Part shown: in pieces, positions 37,301 to 49,000 of the stretch
Layout of the letters: each line of letters begins with the position of its first letter
Numbering within the stretch: position 1 is the first letter of the stretch
Assembly (NCBI GenBank): GCA_002633005.1
Contig: NMRA01000525.1
Location: forward strand, 80,857 to 144,856
DNA from: Phoronis australis
Lineage: Eukaryota > Animalia > Phoronida
Length of the DNA stretch: 64,000 bases
Direction: 5' to 3'
Translations under genes and position numbers: made by a program
Notes under the pieces: generated by a model
Databases searched by the model: none
What the model saw: the letters and a program-made list of their open reading frames with translations, nothing else
Told to the model about the DNA's origin: nothing

Positions 37301-40300
37301 AGAAGGTCAGAGGACATAGGAGACATGGTTCTGTAAAGAGACAAATAAAAACTGACTGCCACAGTGCCACCTTGTGTCCGAGTTGAACCAACAAACAACT
37401 TCATGACAGAGCATAGCCTTGGTACAAAGCTGTATATAAATATACAGCTTTGCACCAGTGTGGGTAAAAAAGTGGTAAGACAAAATCTGACACAAAATTA
37501 GTGTCATTAAAAACTAAAGTCTTCCTTGAGTAAACAAAATTATTTAACAGTGTTGGAAAAAATGGCGTTCTACCGTTATTCTGCTGCTAAAGTTGTGGAG
37601 CGATCTTTAGCGACGGCTTTCGGTGCCATGAAATATTGCGTCACCTATTGGCCAGTTTCTTTTTTCGCCGATTCTTCAATCAACTGCTGTTCTTTCACGA
37701 GCTTGCGTACACGTCACAACAAATTGTTGGAACTGGTTTCACTTCATTATAATTTTTTAGAATTCCGATACCGAAAAACTGAATTTCAGAACAAATTTTG
37801 CTTCTCCGAAGTTGTCGCCAAAATTTAGGAAATGGCGCGTGCGCGTGACACGAGTGTATTGTTTTCGAAACGACGACATACTTTTCATTGTTAGAAAAGG
37901 CTGAGAGTTACGCAAGAAAATGACGTTTATTGCATTGTTTTTCACTTAAACGGCTGTAACGGGCAAGGTGATTATCGGTTGATTCCCAGATTTTGCATGC
38001 ACCCCGTCCGGTCTTTAGCTTTACATTCTGATACAAATTTCACGGCACGGTGACGAGCAGAACTACCCTGGCTGTGTGCAATTTCGGGGTCTACGGAAGA
38101 AATACACGCAGTGACACCTAGCTGTATTTTGACGACAGTCATCATACAGCTAGCTGGCTGGCTAGACAGAGCAATACTCTAGAAATTTTTTCATTTCAAC
38201 GAATCATAAATACCCAAACAACTACAACATGCTCAATTGTATTGTAATACGGTTTGACTATCACAATCACAATGAGGGTAATTTCTAGTACAAGAAATTT
38301 CCTTTGTAAATTTGTAAATTAGTCTTCACAAAACTGCAGATTGCTTACGGAATTGTTAACACAAACACCAAACCACTAAAGTAGTACAAAGCAGAACAAA
38401 ATTTTGCGCCTGAATCCCTGTAAGGGCTCCACTGCTTCAGCGAAAGGAGAAACGTGAATTTCTGAGAACTTTTTTCAGTATTCATCACCTTAAATACTCT
38501 TTTTTCCAATGCCGTGTCATTTATTTCACAGATAAGTTGTGAAATGGCTGCTGCATTCAGAATGTTTTAAAACAAATTCTATGTTATCGTAATAAAATTT
38601 CTATCCCGTAGCGGGAGATTCCGTTTCATAAATTGCCTTGCCACAAATTCTTACAGTGTAAAGCAACAGCCTAGAATTGTTGCGTGAACATGTTCTGTTT
38701 TAAATCAGTTATCCATGGTCATTGGAAAAGCACATTTTTGACACCATCAGATAGAGCACAACACTCTATATCCATGTCCACTCACCCCTGGTCATCTGCC
38801 CCACCACTGTCCTCAAGAGGTTCTTCCGTTAACTTTATATTGGGCATCACGCTATAGCTTTGACATAGACGAAGATAATCTGTATAGTACGTCTTAGCTC
38901 TGCTCACAACAGCCAGCCGCTCTTCGGTCGTGTTCTTAGCCGTGAAGTAGGCCAGTAGGGCAGGTAGCACTAGGTATCTGCCAAATTACATGAAGTTTAC
39001 TAACCAATACATGAAGTTTACTAACCAATACATGAAGTTTACTAACCAATACATGAAATACCATAAATCAAGTTCATTTTTAAACCTAGGACTTAGCTTG
39101 CCACATAATACTCCACTCAAATTTTTACTGACTCTTAAAACCAAAATTCTATTGCTGTGCTGTGAACATTGTGGGGATATTCTGAGCATGTAATTAACAA
39201 GTGAGTGTCTGCACCATTTCCAAAGTTGAAAGTGTGAAAACGCTTCTAGTAATAAACAAGTCTTCACCATCAACTTAAATCAGAGTACGTAAAAATTTCA
39301 TGCTTTATGCAATTTTTGTAAAACATTTGCACTCAGTAACAAATTTCCCAGTTCAGTTACATAAAAGGTATGAACCAGGCAGGCAATGCGTTCGCTCTAC
39401 ACTCCCTGTATTACGGAGTCAAGTTATGTTCGGAAAGCTTTGAGTCATGTTTAAAAACCCCGAGTCTTGTTCCAAAATACATTATTATAAAGCCATGATT
39501 AAAAATCATAAGCCATTTTTATTTTTGTGAAGAAATTTGTCAAAAAATAAAATTTCTTGTGTCAGCCATATTGTGTGCTAAATAAATGAAGAATTGTGAT
39601 AATTTCTACGCAGATCACGGTACGAAAACACATGTAGTTATATAAGAGAGGCAATAACGCTTACTTCAGTTCGTTGGTAGTCACTTCTTCTATTGTTTCA
39701 TTGTCACTGAATAATGATAGCTCGTTCACCATGTTGACAGCAGTCTCTGTACTTCGTTGTCCACTTCTAGCTTTAGCCTGTGAACACACGACTTCTGTTC
39801 AAGAAGAAACAAACCTACACCTTCAGTCATAATAGCAGCTTTCGATTTAGGGCACTTATCATTGCAAAATCAGTCTCATCTTGTTCTGTACTCAGAATAC
39901 AACTTTTTTGGCTTGAGAAGAACTGGACAAATGGCTTCAGAACACGCTTATGAAGTTTGCATGTCAAGGCAGAATGGCCATCAAAGGCAATTCTAGTCAT
40001 GATGCCGTTGCTCCGGAAAGACATTTTTTACACCAGTACATGGTTTACAGTGAGTTTAATTAACAGTAATAGACAAGATTCACAAGGACAAGGTGGGATG
40101 CCAATCTTGGCCAGTGCCACGTTGGTCTAGTGTACCAATCAGTAGGCTAAAGAGTACTCCATTATAGAAGCACTGTCGGATGTCTCATATGTTCTCAACA
40201 CATGGGCTTCTTACATGGCTCATGGCTCAAGTGATCAAGTGCATGTCTAGGGCTTTGAGTACAAAGTAGGTGCTCATCAAGAAGATGTCGCAGAATTAGA

Positions 40301-43300
40301 CAAAAAGTGCAACAGTACTATCGTGCAAAACATAACTTTGGCCGCGCAAGTCTTGCACAATGGGATGATAGCCGTAGTAGGAAGTGCCGTCTTCTTCCGA
40401 TGTACGCCAAATTGCAACTTGTTGAAGACACTTGATGGAAAGGTGTGGTTATTATTAACTGAAGGTGCTATACATTACAGGATGAAACAGTTGGATGAGG
40501 TGATGTTATGGCATTTGGAACAACCTTTTCCTAAATGTCTCAGTCAACAGATGGTGCTGAGACCACTTTGTTACTCAGTTCACTCCATTGGTGAATAGAG
40601 GTGGAGAAGAATCTGTGCAAAAGAAAGTTCTGTTTACTATGTGACGTGTGGTATGCATGGTGATTGATGCGTCAGAAGCATGTACTATATGGAGTAAGGT
40701 ATTACGTTAGGCTGACTGCCACGACTGTACCATCAGTACAATTAACAGAAGTAAGCCTGCTGTTCACTCATCTAGCTACAAATAACCATAGATAATTCAA
40801 TCCTCTGATTTGGCTAGAACATATTGATGTTGCCAGGTAAAGTCATGCAAACAAAGATAGTTTGGCCTCCTCCGTCCATGGGAATTTCAGACGAGTGCTG
40901 TATTGCTCTCACCGAGTGGAATAAAACATAACCTGATATTGCTGTCATAGTTACAAAAGCCGTACGCGGTCAGGCACGCTACATTTTGATTTAAGTTTCA
41001 TGGTAAGAAATCCATGAAGAGTTGTGGCAAACACAAATTCCAGCATATCAGAATTTTGATGTTCAGTCATTCACAGCTACCAGAGTAAAGTTATGGAGAT
41101 GCAAGAACCTCGCTAAGGAAGCTAGCGTGACCACGTGACTTGTAAAACATGATGGTGATACCTCGCAAAGTTTTGCGTGTTCTTGCTTTTCTCACAAGAA
41201 ACTAGGTCTACGGAATGCATGTCCTACTGACATACACGAGCCTGTCGCAATCTTGTTAGCACATACCTCTCGTACACTGCACCAAATTCATCACGAATGT
41301 CTCGTGAGGTTCTCAATCTCGCCACTACATGACGCAACCAAATACAACCAATGAACTAGAAAGATTATTGTCACGGCGTGACTATAATGGACTCTGCGCG
41401 TGTATATTAAATGAATTGTTATGGGAAGTTACTGACAGCAACCCGTTAACCAATTTGAAAAGGAATTCTTTAAAATTGTAGGAAAAATAACATGTTAATG
41501 TTTTGATGACCTTTCCAGTAATTGACCTCTTTCGGTGCATTATGAGCCCGGATGAGGGAATAATTGTAAACTCGATTAAAAGTGTGGTTAATGCTAATAA
41601 TCACAGATGTTTTACTTTAAGCACTTCAGAATACAAGATGAATGAAGTGGTCAAACTTTCAGAAGAAAAATGCACCTAATGACCCCATGGGTGCACCAAA
41701 TGACCTGAAAGTTTAGAATTCAAACTCAATCGCAATTAGTAAACAGATACGTAATTCTGAAGTCTTTAGCTCAAAATTTTAGTTTGCACTCAACGACCTT
41801 TGACCTATTTTTTCTGATTGGTTAGGCCTATTGCGAAGTATTCACTTGGCATGTTGACTTACACCAGTGTGCTGAAATTGAAAAGAATTCCTTGAAAAAC
41901 GTAAGAGATATAACATTTTGAACGTTACATGACCTTTGCACTAATTGACCTTATCCGGTGCATTTTAAGCATCTTTAGGAGAATTATTGCAAAGCCCATG
42001 GAAAATGTGTTTAATGCTGAGAATCACAGTTGTCTAATGGTTGACACATCAGAATACTTGCTGATTGAAAAGGTCAAATTTTCAGAAGAAAAATGCACCT
42101 AATGACCCCATGTTTGCACTAAATGACCTGAAACTTTGGATTCCGATTTGATTTACCTGTGTCAATCAGACCTGTCAATTTGAAGTGTCTAGCTCAAAAT
42201 TTTAGTTTGCACCTAATGACCTTTGACCTATTTCACCTGATTGGATGACCCGATTACTTAGAAAAGTAATTTTTTAAATTGTCATGTTGACATATACCTG
42301 TGCACCGAATTTGAAAAAGATAGCTTTAAAACTGAAGGAGTAGCATTTTGAAAATTATATGACCTTTGCACCAAACAACCTCTTCCGGTGCAATATGGAA
42401 TATGATTTTTAACCAATCAAAATTTATATACTGTCAAAAGTCATATGCTGAATTTAAAGACCGTACCTGCACCCAATTTGGAGTTATTAAGCCTCAAAGT
42501 TGGTCGGAAGAAGAATAAGAATAAGAAGAAGAAGAAGAAAATTGAAGAAAACCCAGGAACAACTTACAGTACTCTGCGCTTACACGCGCAGAGTAATAAG
42601 AAGAATAAGAAAAAAATTGAAGAAAACCCAGGAACAACAGTACTCTGCGCTTACATGCGCAGAGTAATAAAATTGAAGAAAACCCAGGAACAGTACTCTG
42701 CGCTTGCACGCGCAGAGTAATAAGAATAAAATTGAAGAAAACCCAGGAACAACAGTACTCTGCGCTTGCACGCGCAGAGTAATAAGAATAAGAATAAGAA
42801 TAAAATTGAAGAAAACTCAGGAACAACAGTACTCTGCGCTTGCACTCGCAGAGTAATAAGAAGAATAAAATTGAAGAAAACCCAGGAACAACAGTACTCT
42901 GCACTTACACGGGCAGAGTAATGATCCCAAACGAAGATCAGACAGCAGCCAATCTCAAGGTAGCTACTAGTACTGTAGCACGACATGACATGACTCGAGA
43001 TTGGAAATCTCCCGACACTGATTGTAAGACAGTTGGAAAGCAAGCAGAAACTTTTATCAGTCATACCCTTGGTTGGCCGATTAAGCGCTACAATACTTCC
43101 CATCGCTTTCTGTACAAATTTCTTCCCGTGTATTTTACACGGGGGTAGGCCAAATCCGGCCACCAATTAGGAGTTTTCACTTCGTCAAAAATCACTTACT
43201 TTCTTCACTGGTCCTTTGTACTTCTACACATATCTTCAATGAAGCTTAATTACGAAAATTAAGGTGACTGATGAACAATTCCAACTTCACTGTTTAGGTC

Positions 43301-44107
43301 ACTGTTAACTTTTTCACCACGCACGCGAAAAGTATGTCAACTGAGTCACGTAAGTTAGGCAAAGGCTAGCGCGAGACTGAGCGAAGTGCGTGACCTGGCG
43401 CGTGGCACTTGCAAAATAGCATGGGAAGGTATCAGGTGAAATTTGTAAGCTTTGAGTCCCTTGGACTTTTTATTCATCAACAAGCCTGATTCCACACATT
43501 TTCCTCAAAATGGCACCCGGTAAGTGAAACTCCAGAAATCCGCGACAGATTTTCGTCGATTTGTTCAAATTATCTTGACTGAATCGTCTCCAAACTTCTG
43601 GTATGTGTTATTTATAACTCGATGTGCATATGCATGTTTCACTTGATTTTATTTCCTGTATTTTGAAATTCGTATTATTGGATTTTGGTGGAAAACGCTA
43701 GAGAGGCGAACATAATTTGTCGCGTATCTTCTTAAATTTTGTTGATTTTAAGAAAAGTTGAGTGTGAAGTGGTGCACCTGATCCAAGAGAGCGGGGAATT
43801 GTATATTACGACATTTTGTTTTATTGTTTAGGTATTGCCGACAAAGTTTGAAATGGGCATGCTTTATCCGACTATTATCGTGATGACAGGTGCAGAATCA
43901 CGACCTGTCAAGATACCCTGATCACTGAAATGTTCATTTTGAGAACAACACGTGAATTACAATACTAAAATATCCGTTCATAATAATCACCTGAACTTTT
44001 TCAGAATTTGTTGGCTCTTGAGTTGACTCTAAAAATTGATATGTCTTCCAAATATCCTCAAAACATTCGGATAACTTTGGCCCGTGTTCTGCATCTATTT
44101 CAGCCAT
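22354..44107 (-). CDS. IGBP1: Immunoglobulin-binding protein 1 / alpha4 / TAP42 (PP2A-family phosphatase regulator), 9 coding exons, 343 aa
   Basis: complement(join 44107-43991, 39777-39665, 38977-38786, 37138-37006, 29169-29100, 27028-26946, 26287-26151, 24767-24622, 22394-22354) = 1032 nt, GT-AG, phases consistent. Motifs LFSDNETIEEVTTNELKYLVLPALL, RQAKMQRYKQQKE, REYYLTLL, KVLGAGYPSLPVYTIEEW and ARGWDEWKDDHRRGWGNRQNMG* are typical of the TAP42/alpha4 family. Confidence 0.95.
22906..23147. repeat. 40-bp minisatellite x6
   Basis: gcttgatgtgtaggtactagccaatcacaagtgagaagca. Confidence 0.95.
24622..24767 (-). CDS. IGBP1: IGBP1 exon 8
   Basis: DMQKQMQANDPVF...DDPDELKKARGWDEWKD. Confidence 0.95.
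26151..26287 (-). CDS. IGBP1: IGBP1 exon 7
   Basis: LSRPFIITKSDIQKKVLGAGYPSLPVYTIEEWADQQ. Confidence 0.95.
26576..26920. mobile_element. Kolobok-like MITE
   Basis: TTAA flanks, imperfect TIR aaggatactaagccaagtttt / aaaaccgggtttagtatccat. Confidence 0.55.
26946..27028 (-). CDS. IGBP1: IGBP1 exon 6
   Basis: EIPILKYMAKHKGNPPKPKEKPNKNPQ. Confidence 0.9.
27248..27407. repeat. 16-bp minisatellite x10
   Basis: gtgtcgtatctgtaca, perfect copies. Confidence 0.97.
29100..29169 (-). CDS. IGBP1: IGBP1 exon 5
   Basis: REYYLTLLKNWVMISEDEIDSIK; tttcag/ and /gtgagt. Confidence 0.92.
29866..30670. mobile_element. PIF/Harbinger-like MITE
   Basis: TTA TSD, TIR GGGCTGTTCCAG.AAAATC...GGGAGGGGGG. Confidence 0.78.
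30688..30844. mobile_element. Small hAT-like MITE
   Basis: TIR CAGGGGTGGATTTAG / CTGGATCTGCTCCTG, 5-bp TSD ATCTC. Confidence 0.65.
32865..34340 (-). mobile_element. HINE family A copy nested in the P-like element (spans N gap)
   Basis: Reverse-complement termini aacaagagcaacgcagagcgttgaaatgcgcccac and (ggac)n...gcgtccacatataaatatgtgggcgcataaaaa. Confidence 0.7.
33165..33999. other. Assembly gap (N run)
   Basis: About 835 N. Confidence 0.99.
35321..35608 (-). pseudogene. THAP (C2CH zinc finger) domain pseudo-ORF
   Basis: MPLYCGASVPACPNYEAVKKAGI*FFRLPREPEMLRKWLVVVKNER...HLHVCDRHFVDS fits the THAP C..C..FFxxP..W..VCxxHF pattern. In-frame TAG at 35537-35539. Confidence 0.75.
37006..37138 (-). 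CDS. IGBP1: IGBP1 exon 4
   Basis: MPSLPPREDRQAKMQRYKQQKETEARLKELYEAVNREHVDDEVK. Confidence 0.94.
37414..38164. mobile_element. Non-autonomous DNA transposon, TAG..CTA termini, 9-bp TSD (AcademH-like)
   Basis: TAGCC...GGCTA termini with perfect TSD GACAGAGCA (37405-37413 / 38165-38173); second copy at 44523-45291. Confidence 0.75.
38786..38977 (-). CDS. IGBP1: IGBP1 exon 3
   Basis: YLVLPALLAYFTAKNTTEERLAVVSRAKTYYTDYLRLCQSY. Confidence 0.94.
38987..39057. repeat. 21-bp tandem repeat x3.4
   Basis: tacatgaagtttactaaccaa. Confidence 0.92.
39665..39777 (-). CDS. IGBP1: IGBP1 exon 2
   Basis: AKARSGQRSTETAVNMVNELSLFSDNETIEEVTTNELK. Confidence 0.93.
41354..42921 (-). mobile_element. HINE-like element, family B, with tandemly amplified terminal hairpin
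   Basis: One end has palindrome attattgtcacg-gcgtgactataat plus subTIR actctgcgcg. Internal direct repeats of about 420 bp. The other end has about 7 copies of gaagaaaacccaggaacaacagtactctgcgcttgcacgcgcagagtaataa. Confidence 0.65.
43991..44107 (-). CDS. IGBP1: IGBP1 exon 1
   Basis: MAEIDAEHGPKLSECFEDIWKTYQFLESTQEPTNSEKVQ; donor GTGATT. Confidence 0.9.
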
Positions 44108-44522
44108 TTTAACAATCAGTAAGCTGAAATAGTCTCAATAACAAACACGTCATAGGTATTAAAAAGACCAATATAAATGTTTTTTCACTTTAGGAATTCC
44201 AAATTACTTTTATAATAATCATTGATTTTTTCATATCATTACGCTTATTTTTTCTACACAATGGGTATTTTTTTAGTAGTTTTGAGACTATTTATCATGG
44301 CGACTTCCAGGCATAAAATTTCTGTTTTGAGGGGAATCCTGAGAGAACTGCGCTATTTAAACCACCAGGTTTGTTGTGGGCCACATGACGGCACTACAGA
44401 AGTTTTCACTAAAAAGCGTTACGTATTTCACAACACACGTTTTAAAGCTATGACCGAAACATAATTGCTCAGATGGTTAGCTTCTTTCCTAGAACAGTCG
44501 CGGACTGCAGTGAAATACTAGC

Positions 44523-45291
44523 TAGCCTTGGTACAAAACTATACTAATATATAGCTTTGCACCGATGTGGGTAAAAAAGTGTTAAGATAAAATCTGACAC
44601 AAAGTTAGTGTCACTGAAAACTACAGTCTTCCTTGAGTAAACTAAATTATTTAACGGTGTAGGCAAAAATGGCATTCTACCGTTATTCTGCTGCTAAAGT
44701 TGTGGAGCGATCTTTAGTGATGGCTTTCGGCGCCATGAAATATTGCGTCACCTATTGGCCAGTTTCTTTTTTTGCCGATTCGTCAATCAACTGTTGTTCT
44801 TTCACGAGGTTGCATACACGTCACAACAAATTATCAGAATTGGTTTCACTTCATTATAAGTTTTTAGAATTTTGATACCGAAAAATCGTATTTCAAAAGA
44901 AATTTTGCTGCTGCCAAGCTATCATCATCTCCTGAGAGATGTCGCAAAAATTTAGGAAATGGCGCGTGCACGTGGCACGAGCATACTGTTTTCAAAACGA
45001 CGAAATACTTTTGACTGTTAGAAAAGGCTGAGAGTTACGCAAGAAAATGACGTTTATTGCATTGTTTTTCACTTAAACTGCTGTAACGGGCATGGTTAGT
45101 GTCGGTTGACTCCCAGAATTTGCATGCACGCTGTACGGTCTTTAGCTTTACATGTTGATACAAGTTTCACGGCGCGGTGATGAGCAGAACTACCCTGGCT
45201 GTGTGCAATTTCGGGATCTACGGAAGAAATACACACAGTGGGTCCTAGCTGTATTTTGACGACAGTCTTTATGCAGCTAGTTGGCTGGCTA
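44523..45291. mobile_element. Second copy of the TAG..CTA element, upstream of IGBP1
   Basis: Collinear high similarity to 37414-38164 over the full length; TSD not clear. Confidence 0.75.
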
Positions 45292-45549
45292 TGGAATAGC
45301 TTGCCAGGCTACATTACATCAGTCCCCTCTCTTGATATCTTTGTCAGCAAGCTATCTACCTTTCTGAAGTAACACAGTGGGGTTCCTCCATTTGGAACAC
45401 CTGCTTACTGACTGCCCTATCTGTTAACGATATAGCCATGTTAACCGACCTCTGAGGTGACGCTCATTATGTATATATATCCTTTTAAACCTGTTATAGT
45501 TGTTCTCGTTTCTGTTGATCTTCATTGTTATACAGTGGCATAATACTCT

Positions 45550-45616
45550 GGAGAGAGTGTGGTCATGGAGAGAGTGTGGTCATGGAGAGAGTGTGGTCAT
45601 GGAGAGAGTGTGGTCA
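45550..45616. repeat. 17-bp tandem repeat x4
   Basis: ggagagagtgtggtcat. Confidence 0.93.
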
Positions 45617-46079
45617 CTTAAACCAAGAAGAAGAAGAAGTAGTAAAATCCAAACCAACGTCCGGAATCTCCTAGACGAACAACAGTGGTCTCTCGATGCG
45701 CACACGGTAGAAAGCCAAAGCAGCAATGAGACAGGTCGAAATCCGTCTGCAGCGTTAACCAGACTCAAACCAGAGAGCTGTGGCAGTGTGGTGTTTACTA
45801 GGTCCGAACACAGATGCTCTTCAATCACATCACTGCCATCAGCAGCTAATCAGCGATTCTTGAGCTATATCAAACCATAAGACCACTAGGGGTGCTACTT
45901 AAATGGAATGATGGCTTACCCTAGCAGTTTTGCATATTAGCATTTGGTGAAGGCTTTCAATCACATATTAGCAGCTAGTCAGCGATTCTTCACGATAAGA
46001 CCACTATAGGAGCACTACTTAAATGGAATAACGGCCCAGGCACACCCTTGGGATTGTAGAGATTCTTGAAGTAGCACGC

Positions 46080-49000
46080 TGTAGAAACAGCAATGTAGAT
46101 GGAGGTTGAACCAGAACTCATATATTTATTTCTAAACTCTAGAGAGCTATAATACTACATCTCCCTCCAAAATAGTTTACGAACAAAACACTTTATGTAA
46201 TACATTTCTTTAAAGTCTTTAAACTAAGTTAATGTCCTTATCACTGAGTACTTAAAATTGATCAAATGTCTTTCCGTGAAACTAGAGTCAACGACTGTCA
46301 CTTCACAAATATTTAAAGATTCAGCCGGTCCACTGGCTTGATAACACGTTTAGAACCTTGTAGTTCTTGAGTAGGAGGGGAGATAACCTCTGGTTGAGCT
46401 GGTACCGGGGTTAAAGGTGGTGGTGGGGTTGTCTCGGTGGTAGTTTTCAATTCCAGGGTAGCATTACTCAAATTTCCAGTATGGATCAGGGATGGTTTAT
46501 TACGGCAAATTGTAGAACCGGATTCAGTGACGACGAGGTAAGACCTCGGGTTTGCAGAACTCTCTTTCATCTCTCCGAATTTCTCTTGGTCGCGTACCCA
46601 GACCTGGTCTCCAACATCCAACAATGGAAGGGACACTGTTCGGTGTCTGCGATCAATATTCGCTCTGTTCCTTTGGCTAATTTGAGTTTCTTTTGCTCTT
46701 ATGGACTGATCATCAGTGGAACTTTGGAGGAGCTCCTTAGGCATTATCGGCAAAGTTGTTTGGATACGTCTGGACATGAGCAATTGACTCAGCGATTTTC
46801 CATTGTGAATGGGTGTTGATCGGTGTGCAAGGAACCCTAGATGGCGTTCTATATTCTTCCACATGATGTTCTCCGCAGTTTGGACAGCGTGCTCGGCTTC
46901 TCAGTTGGGAGCGGGTAGAGAGGCAAAGACGTTACGTGAACGAAACCATAATCTTTAGCGAATCTCTCGAAACTTTCAGAGGCATACTGGGGACCACTGT
47001 CAGACACTACTAACTATGTCGGGAATCCCATGAGTGCTAAAGATTGACTTCAAGGCTTGTATAGCATATTGTGCTGTCATCTGAGTAAGTCTTTGGACTG
47101 CGATCCAACGTGATCCAACAAACCTACATCCTTGTTGTTCAGTTCGAACAAGACAGTTCCAATGCTCTCCCATGGTCGGGTTGGAAAGGATGAAGGCAAC
47201 AGAGGTTCCTTCACCTCAGGTCTGTGAAGAGCACAGGGTAAGCACTGTTTGCACATTGTCCCAATCTGTTTGCTGGTAAGTGGCCACCACACTGATTCTT
47301 GGGCTCTTGCTCGGCACCTTGTTATACCTCAATGACCTTGGTGGAGTTGGCCGAGTACTTCCAGCTGCATCGACTGGGAATAACGATACGTTCATCGTAC
47401 ATAAGCAAACTCTCTGTAGGGGTCAAGTGCTGACGATTCTCAAAGTATGCTTTAAGCATAGGTTGATCGGGAAGGATGAAAGGCCACCCATGTTGGCAGA
47501 AGTTGGTCACTTCACTGCAAACGGGGTCTTGGCCTGTGTTGCTAGGAGATTGCATGACTTCATCTTCCTGAGTTGGGATCCCCACAGGTGCGCGGGTCAA
47601 GGCATCTGCAACCAGGTGGTTCTTTCCCGGGACATGGTAGATCTTTGGGTTATATTTCATCAAATGGAGACGAAAACGTAGTACTCGCGATGGCATCTTC
47701 GATAAGTCTGTGGATGACAACAGGGGTACTAGGGTTTTGTGATCGGTCTCCAGCGTGAAGTTTAGCCCGAGGATGAAAGGTGAGAATTTCTTGCAGCGAG
47801 CTCCTCCTTCTCTATCACTGCGTAATGTTTCTCGGTGTCGTTAGTGATCTGGATGCAAAGCAGACTGGTCTTCTGTTACCGTCAGCATCAAGTTGGAGCA
47901 ATACAGCACCAATGCCATTCTGACTCGTATCACCTGCTACTATCGTTACATGATTAGGGTCATAGTGCACCAGTGTCACTGTGGAAACGAGTGAATCCTC
48001 AACATCTTGGAAAGACTTCTTCAGAGGTTAATCCCAAACGAAGGCTTGGTTCTTCCTCAAGAGTTGTCTCAGAGGTTTGTTGATCTTTGCCAAGTTTGGC
48101 AGGAATTTTGCAAGCTGATTCAACATGCCATTGAATCTCTGTAACTCAGTCACATTTGTGGGTACTGGAAAATCTCGAATTGCTTGTGTCTTCTCAGGAT
48201 CAGCCGTTATGCCATCAGAGCTGATAATATGTCCTAGGAATTTAATCTTTGCTCATGAAAAGACGCACTTGTCGTTCAAGGTCAGGCCTGCCTTCTGCAT
48301 ACAACCTAAGACTTTGTGAACCCTAGCATCGTGGACCTCTAGGTTAGGGCCGTGAATCAGAATGTTGTCTATGTGGCATATGACTCCATCCAAGCCGTCG
48401 AGAATGTGGGACATCGTTCACTGGAAAACTTCTGGAGCCGAACTTATCCCGAAGGGCAGACGAATCGACCATATGGCAACAACAGAGACCCCTTTGGGTC
48501 TGGGGTACCGGCCACTTTAATCATTTTTGTATCTAATTTTGTGGCGGTCATGTGGTCTATCCACGCGGCTTCAAATTCTCACCAGGTCTCCCCACGTTCC
48601 CCTGCTTTGACATGGGGGTTGGCGCTGGCATCTGATATGTTGCCATTTTTGTAATGTTCTGCATATTGTTAGATTATATGTCACTTCGTTAACATGTTCA
48701 CTAATTTTGCATGTCACTCGTGCACTTACTGGTAAATTTATTCAGTTAATAAATTCACTAACTTTTGTGTATCACTACTTTTCTGTAAAGTCGCGCGTAG
48801 AAAGTTATCATATAGAGTTTCACACTTTGTGCGCATGCTCCTTTCACATGAACAGTCAGCTCAAAACGTACACACACAGACAGGTCGATGACGTCATGGA
48901 AAATTCCGACTGCATGAAAGGTCCTTGACACAAACCTCTTGAAGGTATCAGTTTATAATGCCTGGTTGTTTCACCAGAACCACAAAAATGACACAAACCT

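Noticed and set aside
40050-40720. Coding-like composition in IGBP1 intron 1
   Set aside because: No long open frame and no motif I can recognise; possibly an old TE fragment, but unsupported.
42500-42921. CRISPR-like repeat-spacer array with palindromic repeats
   Set aside because: The spacers are low-complexity AAG/AAT runs rather than unique sequences. There are no cas genes, the context is a eukaryotic intron, and the array is explained as a TE terminus.
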